Of a stretch of 64,000 nucleotides of DNA, positions 13,150-26,532 are shown in pieces (within the stretch, counting starts at the first letter, position 1; every line of letters starts with the position of its first letter). Under the pieces are notes generated by a model, which made no database searches, was not told the DNA's origin, and saw nothing but the letters and a program-made list of their open reading frames with translations. The stretch is from Azolla caroliniana (Eukaryota; Plantae; Polypodiophyta). The stretch spans positions 12,586,001 to 12,650,000 of the forward strand of contig JBHGNT010000017.1 of the NCBI GenBank assembly GCA_043228905.1. Direction: 5' to 3'. The position numbers were made by a program, and so were the translations under genes.

Positions 13150-15583
13150 AGATTTATGTGTGAAAGCTTAACAGAACACAACTGGTTCAACCTGACAGTA
13201 ACAAAGAAACACAGAGAATAAATAGAAATACCGTAAGCGAGAGAGATAGAGAAAGTAGAAGACTAAAAACTTAATTCAAAATAATATGCCCTCTACACAT
13301 ACAAATGTGCTTAGAGAGCACTTTTATACAAGTCCTTAAAGGACTGACAAAAGTGTTGACAAGTACTTCAATGCTCATGAATGAGCGATTGACCCCAACT
13401 CCCAAAAATATGACTACCTACTAAACTAGGAGTGTAGGCCTCTAATGACATGTCAGCTCCCCACAGATCTAGTTCTCCAATCCGGCCCATTTTGAGCTTG
13501 TTTCTAAACACTCCCCCTCAACCTCAACTTGAGGTTCCTCCTGCTCTGTCGGTTCTTCACCTTGCCTCCTCCTGCCAGCTTGTCTCCTAGCACATGTTCC
13601 ATGACTCGTCCGATTCCACGCTCTTCGACCTCCTTGGTCGGCTTGTTTGCTCTTCAGGCTCTTCTTAGCTCCCTCGTTGTCGCGGCATTGGCGCCCCTCG
13701 ACCCGTTGGCTCCTCCGTCTCGGCATCGGCTTTAGCTGCCCTCTCATCCGCTTGGCCTTTGTGTAGTCCGGCTCGTCTGAATCAAACCACTCAATTGAAT
13801 CGGTTGTCTCCAATTCATTCCCGCTCTTGTCCGAATTGTCTATCTCCAATTCGTCCTCCTTCTTCAGGACCTTGACCACGTCTTACCATGTCCTGGTCCT
13901 GGCCTTTTTCTTCCAGTCGGCTTTGTCCTTCTTGACTCTACCGCCTTTGCTGCATGCTCTGGCTGTACTGGATGTTTCGACTTCCTTAGTCGATTCGGCT
14001 TCTTCTTCTTCTTTGGCTCTTCTCGTTCGGCTAGTTCTTCCGGCTCATCACAAATGTTCTTCCATGTTGTTCTCCCCCTCAAGTGCGGCACAAATAGGTG
14101 CTTGATGCCAAGCATCTCCAAGAAGAGTTGCAACTTGTTAATCCCAAGGGTCTTGGTGAAAATGTCGGCAACCTGCCGATCGGTTCGAACATACCAGAGT
14201 TCGACTTCACGGCTTAGGACTCGCTCGCGCACAAAGTGATAATGCACATCGATGTGCTTTGTGCAAGCATGGAATACGGGGTTCTTGGCCAACTACATGC
14301 TATAGATGTTGTCATAGTAGATTGGGATTGGAGTGAGAACTTCGATCCGTAAGTCCCATAACAGCCTTTTGAGCCATATTGCCTCACATGTCACAACAGT
14401 GGCTCCTCTATACTCCGCTTCGGTGCTTGATAGGGCCACAATCGGCTACTTCTAGCTGCTCCACGCTACAGCCACGCTCCCAAGAGAGAACATAAAACCT
14501 GATGTCGACCATCGATCTATGGCATCTCCAACCTAGTCGGCACCAGTATAACTGACTAGCCGTTCGACTATGTCGTGCCGATACATTTGTCCTCAATCCT
14601 TTGTGCCACTCACATATCACAATATTCGATGCGCGCAACATGAATTGACTTATCATGCTGACCAGGTAGCTAAGGTCGGGTCGGGTGATCATTAAGTATA
14701 TGAGGCTTCCGACAACTTGTCGAAGTCGTTTCTTATTGCAGGACGCTCCCAAGTCAGGACGCAACTTTAGGTTTCTGTCAGGAGGAGTGGACACAGAAAG
14801 GCAATCTGTCATCCTGAACTTGTACATCATGTTCAAGACATAATGTCGTTGAGTGAGCAATATGTCGTCAGGGGTGTGGATCACTTCGATCCCAAGGAAC
14901 TAATGAAGGTCCCCTAAATCCTTCATTTTGAATGTGTTTGACAACTAGGTCTTTACTCGGCCGAGTTCATCAAGGTTGAGGCCGGTGACGACCAAGTCGT
15001 CCGCGTACAACAATATGCACACCGAACCATTTGGACCTTTTCGGATGAAAAAGGAAGAGTCGGACTTCGATACCTCAAGCCCCATCTTACGCAACCATTG
15101 CATGATTTTGGAGTTCCAAGCTCGTGCGGCTTGTTTGAGGCCATAAAGTGACTTCTTTAGTCGGCATACTACTGACATGTTCATCTCCGACTGCAAACCT
15201 GGGGGTTGGACCATAAGTACCTATTCTTCAAGGTCACTTTAAAGAAACACGTCCTTAACGTCCATCTAGTGGAGATGCCAACCCCTTGTTGTTGTTGCCG
15301 CTAGCACCACACAGATTGTCGTCATCTTCGCCATCAGTGCGAAGGTCTCATCAAAATCAATGTTGTGGGTCTGCGCGTAGCCCTTGGCCACCAACCGGGC
15401 CTTATACCGGTTGATCGAACCGTTGACATTGTACTTCACTTTGTACACCCATTTACATCCGATCAGTTTGCAATGTCGGGGAGGGTCAACCAGGTCCCAT
15501 GTCTTATTGGCACCAAGTGCCCACATTTCTTCCTCCATGGCCAATCGCTACTTGGCATCCTGTGATGCCTCCGCATAGCTTTC
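13150..15583 (-). mobile_element. Ty1/copia 3' half (RT-RNaseH, extension, PPT 13511-13520, LTR ~13150-13510), degenerate
   Basis: RT/RH motifs in ORFs 15266-15544, 14945-15214, 14408-14884 and 13864-14292. The LTR is homologous to those at 2431+ and 25594+. Confidence 0.92.
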
Positions 15584-16968
15584 TGTAGAGGATCGGATAA
15601 CTGGAGTCGGAGTTGGAGTCGGGTTGGACAAGTATGAAAAGACAAGTCCAATAGTGTATTTTTATTAAATAGAAACTAGAGTAATTAGAAATAGAAGAGT
15701 TAGTTAGTTGTAGGATCTTGTCGAACATGCAAGTGTATGTTCTTGGAAAAGACTCTCAGATCACCTATAAAACAGGATCAAGAGCATTGTATCAACATCA
15801 TTCTTTTTTTATTAATATAAGTTTTGGTAGTTAGTGTATCTGCTGTGTCGAGTACTCTGTGTATTTCCTTATTGTGGTATGTTCGGATTCAGTCTCTACG
15901 ATACGTATATTATATCTAATAGTCGATCAAGTTCCTATTTTTATTTACAGTAATTAGATCTATTATTACGGTTCTGAGTAAGTGTATTCCACAGTTAGCA
16001 ACACCATTTCTCCAACCACAATCATCTTGACAGAACGGTTCGGTGATAGAATGTTCGACCCATTGTGTTGGTCGACGGAGAGTCGACAGGGTGTTAACAC
16101 AATATTTTGGTACGCCAAGCAAGAGAATGGATGTTGCCCAATCAAGTTAATATAGATCAACCTGTTGGGAGCAGAAGACCCAACACAAGATTGGAGAGTC
16201 GACGTGCAGAAGAGGGTGACTTCAATAGTTCGAACGTTGCCGACCCAATCCAGTAGGAAGCTGAAGGGGAATTAAGAGGAATTCCTAAATTAGATACCGA
16301 TAGTAGTGTTGTATGTTTTAGGTTAAGGTTATTGATAATGATGGTCCTTTCAAGTTAGTCGTCCCAAAGAGCTCTTGGATTCTTACGATAATTCAATTTC
16401 CATTAAAACTTTGGTTACTTGTGAGAATTTTTCATCCAAACCTCATTAGCCAAAAAGAATTCTCGATTAAAAACTAAATGTTTACGTTCTAAGCATATTC
16501 GAGAGTTTAAAATTAAATGGATGGATGGTTTTGTTACTTAGGAGTGAAAAGATGCACTTAAAACAAACTTCCCTAACTTTTCATTGCAAGATTGCAATGA
16601 TTTAGACAAGGAGAGTATGTTATGAGCATAAATGTAACTATAGTTGTGGGCTGATTCATATGTAATGAAAGGTGAGGATTGAGTTATCTCAATCCTACGA
16701 TGCGACATAACTTTAGAGGTATTCATCACTTGGATACTTTTTATAAAATAAGCAACCAAGGGACACTCACAAGGGCCTAGGGTTTGAACCTATATAAGAA
16801 GGCGGGCTATCTTCATCAAGAGCGATCTCTTTACTTTATTATTTTGAGATAGAGACTAGGTTGTAGCTCCATACCCATCTTTGCTCACTACCAATATATA
16901 TAGATAATGCATCCTTGATGTTTTCCAAACTACGCACTTTCAACACAATCATCCTATTATTTTCTAAC
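15584..16968 (+). mobile_element. Possible decayed LTR remnants (15584-~15900 and 16163-~16968)
   Basis: tgtagag...ctctac and tgttgg...ctaaca termini with internal TATA motifs. No TSD and no coding evidence. Confidence 0.3.
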
Positions 16969-18048
16969 AAACATCATATATGAAGTGATGACATATTTCC
17001 ATATGCTTCACTTTCACATGGAAGACCAAAATTTTCACCCATTCAATTAGAGACTACTACCACCATGGAGAGTTCAAGATCACGCTAAAAAGTAGACAAA
17101 ATGTACTCTGCCCACATTAAAGTGGATGCACAATGATTGAGTGTACGTGCTTCTCTTCTTATCCAAGATCTCCAGTTAACTCCTGATCTGTTCTTATGCA
17201 TCCGAAGGTCTCGTGTAACAGATTTCAATCTTCCACCTCATAAAGGCATTGTTGTGCATAAGCAAGAGCAATATTAATATTTTTCACTTATACACGTTAC
17301 ATACACACATAATCATACCAAAAGTATACTGCCTTCATGGCCACCCTTAATAGACTGATAACCCATCAGTTTTGACCATTTCTGAAAATGGGGACTTTGA
17401 TCACAACAGGCAGTAACAGATCAGACATTTGCTGATATTTTTCATTTATAAGTGTACATACACTCTTAATCATATTAAGTGTATACTACCTGCATGGGAA
17501 CCCCTAAAAAACTGAACCCATATATTACACCGGCGGTAAAAGATCCGACTTGTCAATTGTATGTCTATGGATGATGGGACGCACAAATCCATTGGGTGTT
17601 GTGGATCAATTGTGAAGGTGCATAGCATCGAATCAATTTACCTCTGCATAGTTTATTTATAGCAAAACTTAATGATCAAATTTGATCAGACAAAGTTTTA
17701 TCTTTATTAGCAAAATTTACAGAGGTCATGACTTTGTAGTCTGGAGTACATATTTTCACATATATACTCCTTATTTTTTCACATATTTCCAATCTTCAAC
17801 ACAAATCGAATCACACCCCCTCGAAAGCTTAATTAAGACATAATTCCTACCCTGAGAACATGCTGGCATATCATCACAGATTTGTTGGTATCTCAGATCG
17901 TGAGATACTCTAATATCTCATGATCATGAGACTAATTAAAAAACCCCCTCTTACACTTATGACAGAATCTCCAGTTCTCGCTGCTCACTTGCACATAGGA
18001 ATGGAATCTGGTTGGTGTATAGAGAATCATTGTTCATCTTAATATGTG

Positions 18049-21000
18049 TTAAATTATCATGCCAGATGGAATAACAGCATCTTTTATAACAGTTACAATC
18101 CCCGACTTGATAAAATATCCCTCTATTTCCCTAGCAGCCTCTTGCACATCATCTCTATTAATGATCTGTAAAGCAAGCACATGTTTTGTTTTATAAAGCC
18201 AAATCATCAGAAACATGAAACATCCTGACTTTTAGAGGATATACCTTAACATTGTCTCCTATGTGAGCATTCTTGTCAATAATAGCCCTTCTGATGTGTG
18301 TGTTGCAACCAATACCAACAGGCACACCACCATTGGCTATAACAGAACTCCGCTGATCATCCGTCTTTTGATGGAAAGGAGGAAAATCAATTGTTTACTA
18401 GCGAGCTCATACTCGTACACTAGATTCAATAATATCCCATACATAGATTGCATGTAAGAACAAAAGGCATAAACTCATATACCTCGTAATAATCTGCACC
18501 CATCAATAATGCATCTTCAATGATTGCCCCTTCCGAGATCCATGAGCGCAGTCCAATCACTGAATGATGTATCTTACAATTCTGGAGCCGTGATTAACTC
18601 TAGTATTAAACTTTGATAAGCTATTAATAAACAACAATATTAAGGGGTGGTTATTAAATGTTTATTAGCTTTCAGCGAAATATAATTAGAATATGAACCT
18701 TCATAAAAAGTATTTCATCGATTGGCACCCAAAACATAGCATCTAACAGAGGTAGTTCATTCTATTTCGATTAGGATCACAACACTAGTCATATCAGATA
18801 GAACACAGCCCAAGAACACAAGACCACTGGAGTTCCAGCTAAATTACACAGCTGCCAAAAAACCCAAGTTCAGACATCACCAGGATTATGACAAGATTTC
18901 AGCCAGCCACAATCTAGATACTCAAACATACACATGAAAGCTAAAAACCTTAAGAAACCAGAGAGTTCTACTACAATAACTCAGCCAGTTATGATCCAGG
19001 TACTTGCACAAGAGCACCTAGGTGTGAGGGACAAACCGTAAGCTTGCAGCTGAAACCCCAATTTTCACTACATCTTTAAAATACTAATTTCAAAAATTGC
19101 AAAAAACACTAGACCTGAGACAATATATGGAGGGAAATGCCTGACATTGTAGGATCAGGTGTACTGCTTGCTAATCAACAATGAGGAAGATCCCTGATGA
19201 CCTTGCCACCTTCCAAACATGGATGCTCACTCTAAATATGGTATGAACTTCTAATATTCGCATTTTCTATGTATAAGAAGAGAAATCAAACATGGATGCT
19301 CACTCAAGATGTGTCAAGAGAGGTGGTACGAGATATTTGAGGGAAGGGCAGATGATTTATATCACTTGACCCATGTTGCAGGACAGAACAACCTAAGAGG
19401 TTCAACCCATGTACACACGATAATATTGTGAAAATGAAGAATGCACGAACAATTACCTTAACCTGAGAGTAATCACACGTTTAATTCCATCACTCATGGT
19501 GTGTCAAGAGATGTGGTACAGGACACCTAGTAAAAAATGTGAATGGCTTGTGTCACTTGACCTAGTTTGCAAGCCCAAGTTCTAACAACTGAGGGGTTTA
19601 ATCTCGTTTTGGCACAAGAACTTTATGGAGTTGACAGTTGTGTGCTTAATAATCCAGCATATACCCCATAGTTAAAGCAATTGAAAGAATTTTTATGTTA
19701 TTAAAAATATCAGTACATAACTATAGAACAGTGCATTTTTAGTACTACCGTTGGAATAAGAGACAAGCTCATAAAAGTCAAGCCCCCTTTCTGTGTTTGT
19801 GGTGTTTGGGTTTTGTCTCATTGAACCATTTCCTATAAATGATCAATAAAAGACACACAGAAGCAGGTGCCATTGTTTAGGGCTAAGATGAATTTTCTTC
19901 TTTGAAGAACAATTTAGCTTCCTAGACATAGATACGAGTGTTAATGCACCGTAAAGGATATTTTTCATTGTTTTATTATTTGTTCAGTGATGAAGTCTAG
20001 CTTGAATGGTGATTTGATTGGAATTTTACTACCCTCTAGAAATCCCACAAGTCGGTTTCAGGTTCACCATCATCATTATCAAGAACAGAGAGAAGGAGAG
20101 CATAGATCAAAACAAAAAGGCTGATTAAGATTGTTATTGAAACTGTGGCTGATATTGAAATTTGAGAACTTCACTGTGAAATGGATGGTAAGGTGGACAT
20201 CTCCTATATTGAGCACCGTATATCAAATTCTCTTAATCATACTACAACGCATACTTACTTGATTTATGTAATTATTATTCCCTTTCCCTCATTCAATTTT
20301 CACAATAGTACGTACAGAGAAATTGTGAGAGATGGTTAGCTTTGGGTTCCATATATTATATTTAGTCTCGCAATGACAGAATCTCTCCCTTCAATAGAGT
20401 TGCATAAGAAAAGGACTGGTGCAACTGTTCCACGTTATTTGAATAACAATTACCTTGATTAGGCATCCTTCGCCTATAACACTATCCGTAACATCCGCAT
20501 CAACCACCTTTGAAGGTGGAAGAAACCTAGGTTGTGTGTAGATTGGAGCTGATCTGTCATAGAAACTGATAAAAACAACCATTATTTCAATAAAATAGAA
20601 ATACCATGTATTCCAATCAAACAAAACTTATGATACAGTGACGAATGTATCAGATCAGCTCGGATAAAAACAACCATTATTTCAATAAAATTTATGATAC
20701 AGTGACGGATGTTTCAAATCAGCCTCTGATAAAAACAACCATTATTTCAATAAAATAGAATTATTATGTATGTCAGTCAAACAAGATTTATGACACGGTG
20801 ATGAATGTATCTGATCAGGTATTAAAAAATTTCAGTGTAATATTTCCATGTTGAGAGAAGCCAATTTACATTATGCAGGCTGCAGCTCTACTTGATTATC
20901 ACATTTTCTACCCTGCACAGTATAAATATGGCTGCCTGAAACAGGCATCTCTGGATAACAAAAATGGGAACACCATTTCATTGGAAACAGCAACCCAAAA

Positions 21001-24000
21001 GATGTAATCTATGGCTGGATACCTTCTTTTTCCTATTCAAACATTAGTGTTTTATTGTTTCTTCTGTTTCACTTTAAAATTGGCATGACATGCTACATAG
21101 TTAATCTTTTATCATTTAATGATCGTAAGTATAGAAGCTGAATGATTCCAGCATTATTCTATCCTCTTTCAAAATAATCAGACATCATTTCCAAGCATGC
21201 TTGACCTATGTACAAGTATCCAGGTAGCATAACAGTAAAGGATTTCAAAAACGACTATGGAACGTGTCCAAAATATTCGATTTACTCTACTTTTAAACAC
21301 AAAACTAGACCTGACTTACAAATAAAGTACATGAGGGAATGGGTGAGTGAGACGTAGGTAATATACTAATCTAGAAAAATGTAAGTGTGAAGAACTACAA
21401 TAAAAAACATTATTTGATTAAGAAGATACTGAATGTATATATCAATGCGTAAGACTTCAATATATTGCATCTAGCAACAGCATACCAGATCCATTTTAAA
21501 ATTCAACCGCACCTGAAATCTGGAGGTTTCTTTGTAATGCCAAGATTGGCATTGTAAAAGGCCTCTATGGTACCAATGTCTTCCCAATAGCCATCATATA
21601 AGTAAGCTTGGACCTGAAGACATGAGATACCCAACACATTAAATATGTTACCTCAAGATTCACAGATAGAAACAGGTTATCATATTACCTTCATGCCAAG
21701 GGCTGTGGCACCAGGAATGACCTCACTACCGAAGTCATTGGCATTTGGGAAGTCATCTTTCAAAAGCTTGATCATTGCATCTTTATTCACAACATATATA
21801 CCCATGCTAGCAATATATGGAAGCTCTTTTGCTCTCTCCTCATCCAAGCCAAGGATAGTAGTATCCACCTAATATGTTGCAAGAGAAAATTTAGATGATT
21901 TGCCAAAAAATGAATCAGCATAACAATTGAAAGCTGATGCATGGATCTTCTTTACAAGCATGTACCAATATTCAGCACAAATAGATGCATATACGAACCT
22001 TCATTCCCCTAAGGAAATCCCCTTTTGGTTTCTCAGCAAATTCCACAATACGACCTTCAGAATCTATCTTCATCAATCCAAAGGCAGTGGCCCTCTCCTC
22101 ATCCATAGGCAATGCTGCAACCGTAATATCAGCATTTGTCTCCCTATGAACTTGAATGAATTTTTGATAATCCATTCTATAGAGATGATCTCCAGCCAAG
22201 ATCAAGAACTCCATGACCTGTTGTTCCTCAAACAGCCACAGGTACTGCCTCACAGCATCCGCGGTACCCTGTGAAAATAAGTTCCATGCATATATTAAAA
22301 GCATAACATGTCATTTTTCTCAAACAATATACAACCTAGGTATTTTAGCTAAACCAGTTGATGAAACATTAGCTGCTGCAAGATAATGACAAGTGAGTTA
22401 TTAAACATTTAATTTCGCCACATTTAGGTTCACACATGTATTTAAACTCAGTCATACATCCGTTTTACTCAAAAACCACAACATACTGGCTAGCTATTTT
22501 GGTTAATGCAAAATGACATAATATCAAATTCAACAGTATAGTTAATTACATGCGTGCAGAATCATTGAATAGCTATGTAAGTCTTCTAGTACTTTATTAC
22601 CTGGAACCAGTTAGGATTTTCAGGGCTCTGCTGAGCTGCAAGCACCTCAACAAATCCTTCATGCTTGTAACCTCCCATGTTACTCGAATATGCTCGAGAT
22701 AGATGACGATTCAGTGAAGCAGAATTGAACTGTGTAAGGACATATATCATCCTGATGTTGCTGTTGATGCAATTGCTGACAGGTATATCAATCAGACGGT
22801 AGTTTGCACCTAGCGGCACAGCAGGTTTTGCTCTCTTCTTTGTGAGAGGGTAAAGCCTTGTACCAGCTCCTCCACCAAGAATGATTCCAAGTACACTCTA
22901 GAACAATATTTACAAAGTCAAATGATGAATGTGCATACCACAAGTTCAGAGTTTCAATTAAAATTGAAAGCAAAAGTACAGAAATAATGTGCAGGAAGAG
23001 TTGGATGCTACCACAATACAACATGTTTGATGTGGTTGATAATCCAAAATATGTGTGTTTGCATGTATAGCATGCAAACAGATCACAGACGATGATGCAT
23101 TATATAGAAATGGAATATGGTCCAAACGGTATGAATGGATGATCTGTTCATACTAAGGACTGAGTATATGACAGAAGACAGCCATGAGGAATTCACGATA
23201 AGCATGTATATTCTGAGTGGGAAGTAGACTGTAAAATACTATGGGTTAACAGTGCATAAAGCACGAGTATTTGGCAATCGTTAAAACGAAATGGAGAGAG
23301 GAAATGTAAGAAAGATTCAGGGTGTAAAGAAGCCATAAAGGATCTACACAGATGAAGCACAAACACCATGGACCAGTGCATAAAGCAAGAGTATTTGGCA
23401 ATCGTTAAAACGAAATGGAGAGAGGAAATGTAAGAAAGAAGAAGCCATAAAGAATCTACACAGATGAAGCACAAACACCAGGGCCGTACAGTGTAAAAGG
23501 TTAAGCTCTGATAATAATATAAAATGCAACACAGAATTCGCAAAAGCACAATATCCACGAATGAGCAGCGCAAAAGGTTCACTTCTGATAATAATCTCAA
23601 ATGCAGCAGAGGATTTAACAGAGCAAACAAACAACAAATTTAGTTTCAATATAAATAAAAATGCCGAAAAGGCCATGCATAAGAAGTAAATTTTCAGTTG
23701 CGATGGGAAAGAAATGCAGAAACGTTTCCTGCGAAGATCAACATTAAGGACGCCACGCGATGAATCAACGGGAAACAATAGAGAGAATCGTTCGAATGAG
23801 GTATATGAAGCTTTCACTCACATCTCCAGCGTCAGGATCTAAGCAAACTTCATCGTTGCGAGAATCTGAGACAGCACGAGGAGAGACGAGCTGGAAATCA
23901 TTCGGACGACCTTGGCGATGAATAGCAGATCCCACAGAAGGACGAGTAGTGAGCGAGGATATGTCAGAGATGGCGTTGGAGGAAGCCAAATTGTTGCTAC

Positions 24001-24136
24001 GAATGAAGGTGACCGATACCGAAGACGGAGAAGGAGGCCGCCCATGTTGTTGCCATTTAACGTTAAGGTTAGTGCTAGAGTTTGCGATGCAGGAGGCAGA
24101 AGAAGCTGAGAAAGCCGCCATGGAAGCTTCTGCCAT
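18049..24136 (-). CDS. APS1: ADP-glucose pyrophosphorylase small subunit, plastidial (glucose-1-phosphate adenylyltransferase), 9 exons, 536 aa
   Basis: Exons 24136-23822, 22897-22601, 22268-21999, 21868-21689, 21613-21513, 20565-20454, 18581-18483, 18364-18245 and 18165-18049. All introns are GT-AG and the total is 1611 nt in frame. Motifs: [76 protein letters not shown]. The N-terminus is Ser-rich and transit-peptide-like. Confidence 0.97.
20566..20818. repeat. Triplicated ~60-95 bp unit at the 3' end of APS1 intron 5
   Basis: gataaaaacaaccattatttcaataaaat recurs at ~20568, ~20663 and ~20728. Confidence 0.88.
23250..23480. repeat. Tandem duplication (~115-125 bp) in APS1 intron 1
   Basis: gtgcataaagca.gagtatttggcaatcgttaaaacgaaatggagagagg occurs at 23252 and 23377. 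gaagccataaag.atctacacagatgaagcac also occurs twice. Confidence 0.85.
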
Positions 24137-24487
24137 CGCCGGAAGGCGTATGTGTGCCTGCCTGCGCAGAGACAGAGAGACAGAGAAGAAGCAAAGCAAT
24201 AATGGTAGAGGAGGAGGCAGCAGCTGCTCTCACAAAACCGCTTTTCAAGTGAACCCACTCTTTACGCGCTTGGAAGCGGTTTTGTGACCTGACCCAGGTG
24301 GTTTTGCTTTTCCTCTATCTACATATCTATATCTATGTACAGGCCAGGTGGTTTTGCTTTTCCTCTATCTATGTACTTGAGCGAGAGAAGACATATATAT
24401 ATATATGTACATACAGACGGATGTCTTCTCTCCCTCAAGTGTCTCTATGCGTCTTTTTGTCTCTCTTGACGATATGTATTACATATC

Positions 24488-24538
<51 letters not shown>

Positions 24539-25007
24539 GCTGCATATGCGAGTACATGTAGAAAAAGATTCCTCCTTCGAATAAGACAACAACAGTATGT
24601 ACATAATATTATTATTATTAATTAAATTTTGGTCCATTCAAAATTCATTCTTTATCATCTCTCTCCCGCTTCTTGGCTTTACAAAAGCAACTAATATCTT
24701 GTGACTCACCATATGTCCACATCCACGTGTGGCAACTGGTTCATCCCACATGTCCGCCCGTCTCTCTGTCCAAAACTTAAAGCCCAAGTCTAGCCCCCTT
24801 TTGGATCGAGGGATTCTGGCGTAGGCATAAGGTGCCTTTAGTAACTAGGAACCAAAATAAAGTCATGTGGTGGTGGTGGTGGTGGTGTTGTTGGACAAGA
24901 GTCTTTCGAGTGTGCCACTCACTCACATGTCCCAAGCATTCCGATCACATCCTCCCTAGTTTTCAAGAAGGAATTTGTGCCTTTGAACTCAGTCCAAGTT
25001 GATGGAG

Positions 25008-25011
<4 letters not shown>

Positions 25012-25071
<60 letters not shown>
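25012..25071. repeat. (CT)n microsatellite
   Basis: About 30 perfect CT units. Confidence 0.95.
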
Positions 25072-25076
<5 letters not shown>

Positions 25077-25593
25077 CTAAACAAGTTCGTGAGTCTGAGT
25101 ATCACAATTTGATACAATGCTTACCTTTGATCATATTCGACCATGCTTTCCACATCTCTTCGACCAAGCCCAATCCTTGCATGAATTCCTCTTACAACCA
25201 CAATGTGCACTCTCGATTGCAACATTCATTGGTAAAGTTCTTGAACATCGAGAGAGTCACTACTCACTTTAACACGTATCACGTGAAATGTAATATTTTT
25301 GGTCTCATAGGTCATATTTGACCTCCGAAGACGATAATATAATCTATCTATCTATCTCCATCATTACCATCTCTCATAAATGATGCCATGTCTTGTTAAT
25401 TTTTGGTGGAAGATATGAATGTTGCCTTTTCATTGTGTTCCTTCTCTTCCCTATTAAATGTTGAGATGCTTGCAAAAGGATCAAGGGTTTTTGGGGGGAA
25501 CAAGTTGAGTGGCCTAAGTTTTCCCTAAACCTAGGGAGGTCATGGATCAACGAGACTTTGTCATACACTCTCCTATGCAAAAAGAGTGATGGT

Positions 25594-26530
25594 TGTTGAG
25601 CGGACAAGCTCAACCGGATTCGGATCGGTTGAATAAGCCAGAGCCTGATCGGTGTCCAGATGGTATCTGGATCAGAGAGCCGGATCGGATTGTAACCGGT
25701 AGGCCGTTAGAGGCCTACGAATCTAGCCAAGTACGTAGGCATATTTTTGGAAGTCAGTGTCAGTCGCTCATATGAGCATTGAAGTACCTGTCATTACTTC
25801 TGTCAGCCCTTTCATGGACTTGTATAAAAGTCCTCACTGAGCACATTGTATGTACAGAGTGTTATTATTTTGAATTGATTTTATTGTTCTGCTCTCTCTG
25901 TCTTTGTGATTCTGGCTTCCATTAAACCTTGTCTCTGTTTTTTGTTGCTATCCGGATAAACCGGTTTGTCAAAGTTTCCGCATATTAACATTGACATGGT
26001 ATCAGAGTGCAATGGTTGAGAACTGTTGAGCGGACAAGCTTAAATGTATCCAAATCAGCTGAACAAGCCAGAGCCGGATCGGAGTCCAGAACGGAGAATC
26101 GGATCAATGTCCATATGGTATCCAGAACCAAGAGCCAGATCGGATTGGAACTGGTAGGCCAGTAGAGGCCTACGAATCTAGCCTAATACATAGGCATACT
26201 TTTAGGATTCAGTGTTAGTTGCCCGTATGAGCATTGAAGTACTTGTTAGTACTTCTATCAGTCCTTTTAAGGACTTGTATAAAAGTGCTCACTGAGCACA
26301 TTGTATGTACAGAGTGTTGTTATTTTGAATTGAGTTTATGTTGTTTTGCTCTCTCTATGTCTCATGCTCTCTATCTCTGTGATTCAAGCTTCCATTAAAC
26401 CTTGTCTCTGTTTTTTGTTGCTATCCGGATAAACCGTTTTGTCAAAGCTTCCGCATATCAACTTTCACATGGTATCAAAGCGTGAGGGTTAAGAACCTCT
26501 ATTGCCGACAAATGTTTTTTTTTCTGAAGA
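25594..26530 (+). mobile_element. Two tandem copia LTR+PBS units (LTR 25594-25996, PBS 25997; LTR 26024-26469, PBS 26470)
   Basis: Both start TGTTGAGCGGACAAGCT, end in CA and are followed by tggtatca(g/a)ag. Same LTR family as 2431+. Confidence 0.9.
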
Positions 26531-26532
26531 CA

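Noticed and set aside
23193-23817. Hydrophobic ORFs of 145 and 157 aa on minus
   Set aside because: They lie in APS1 intron 1 and arise from T-rich duplicated sequence.
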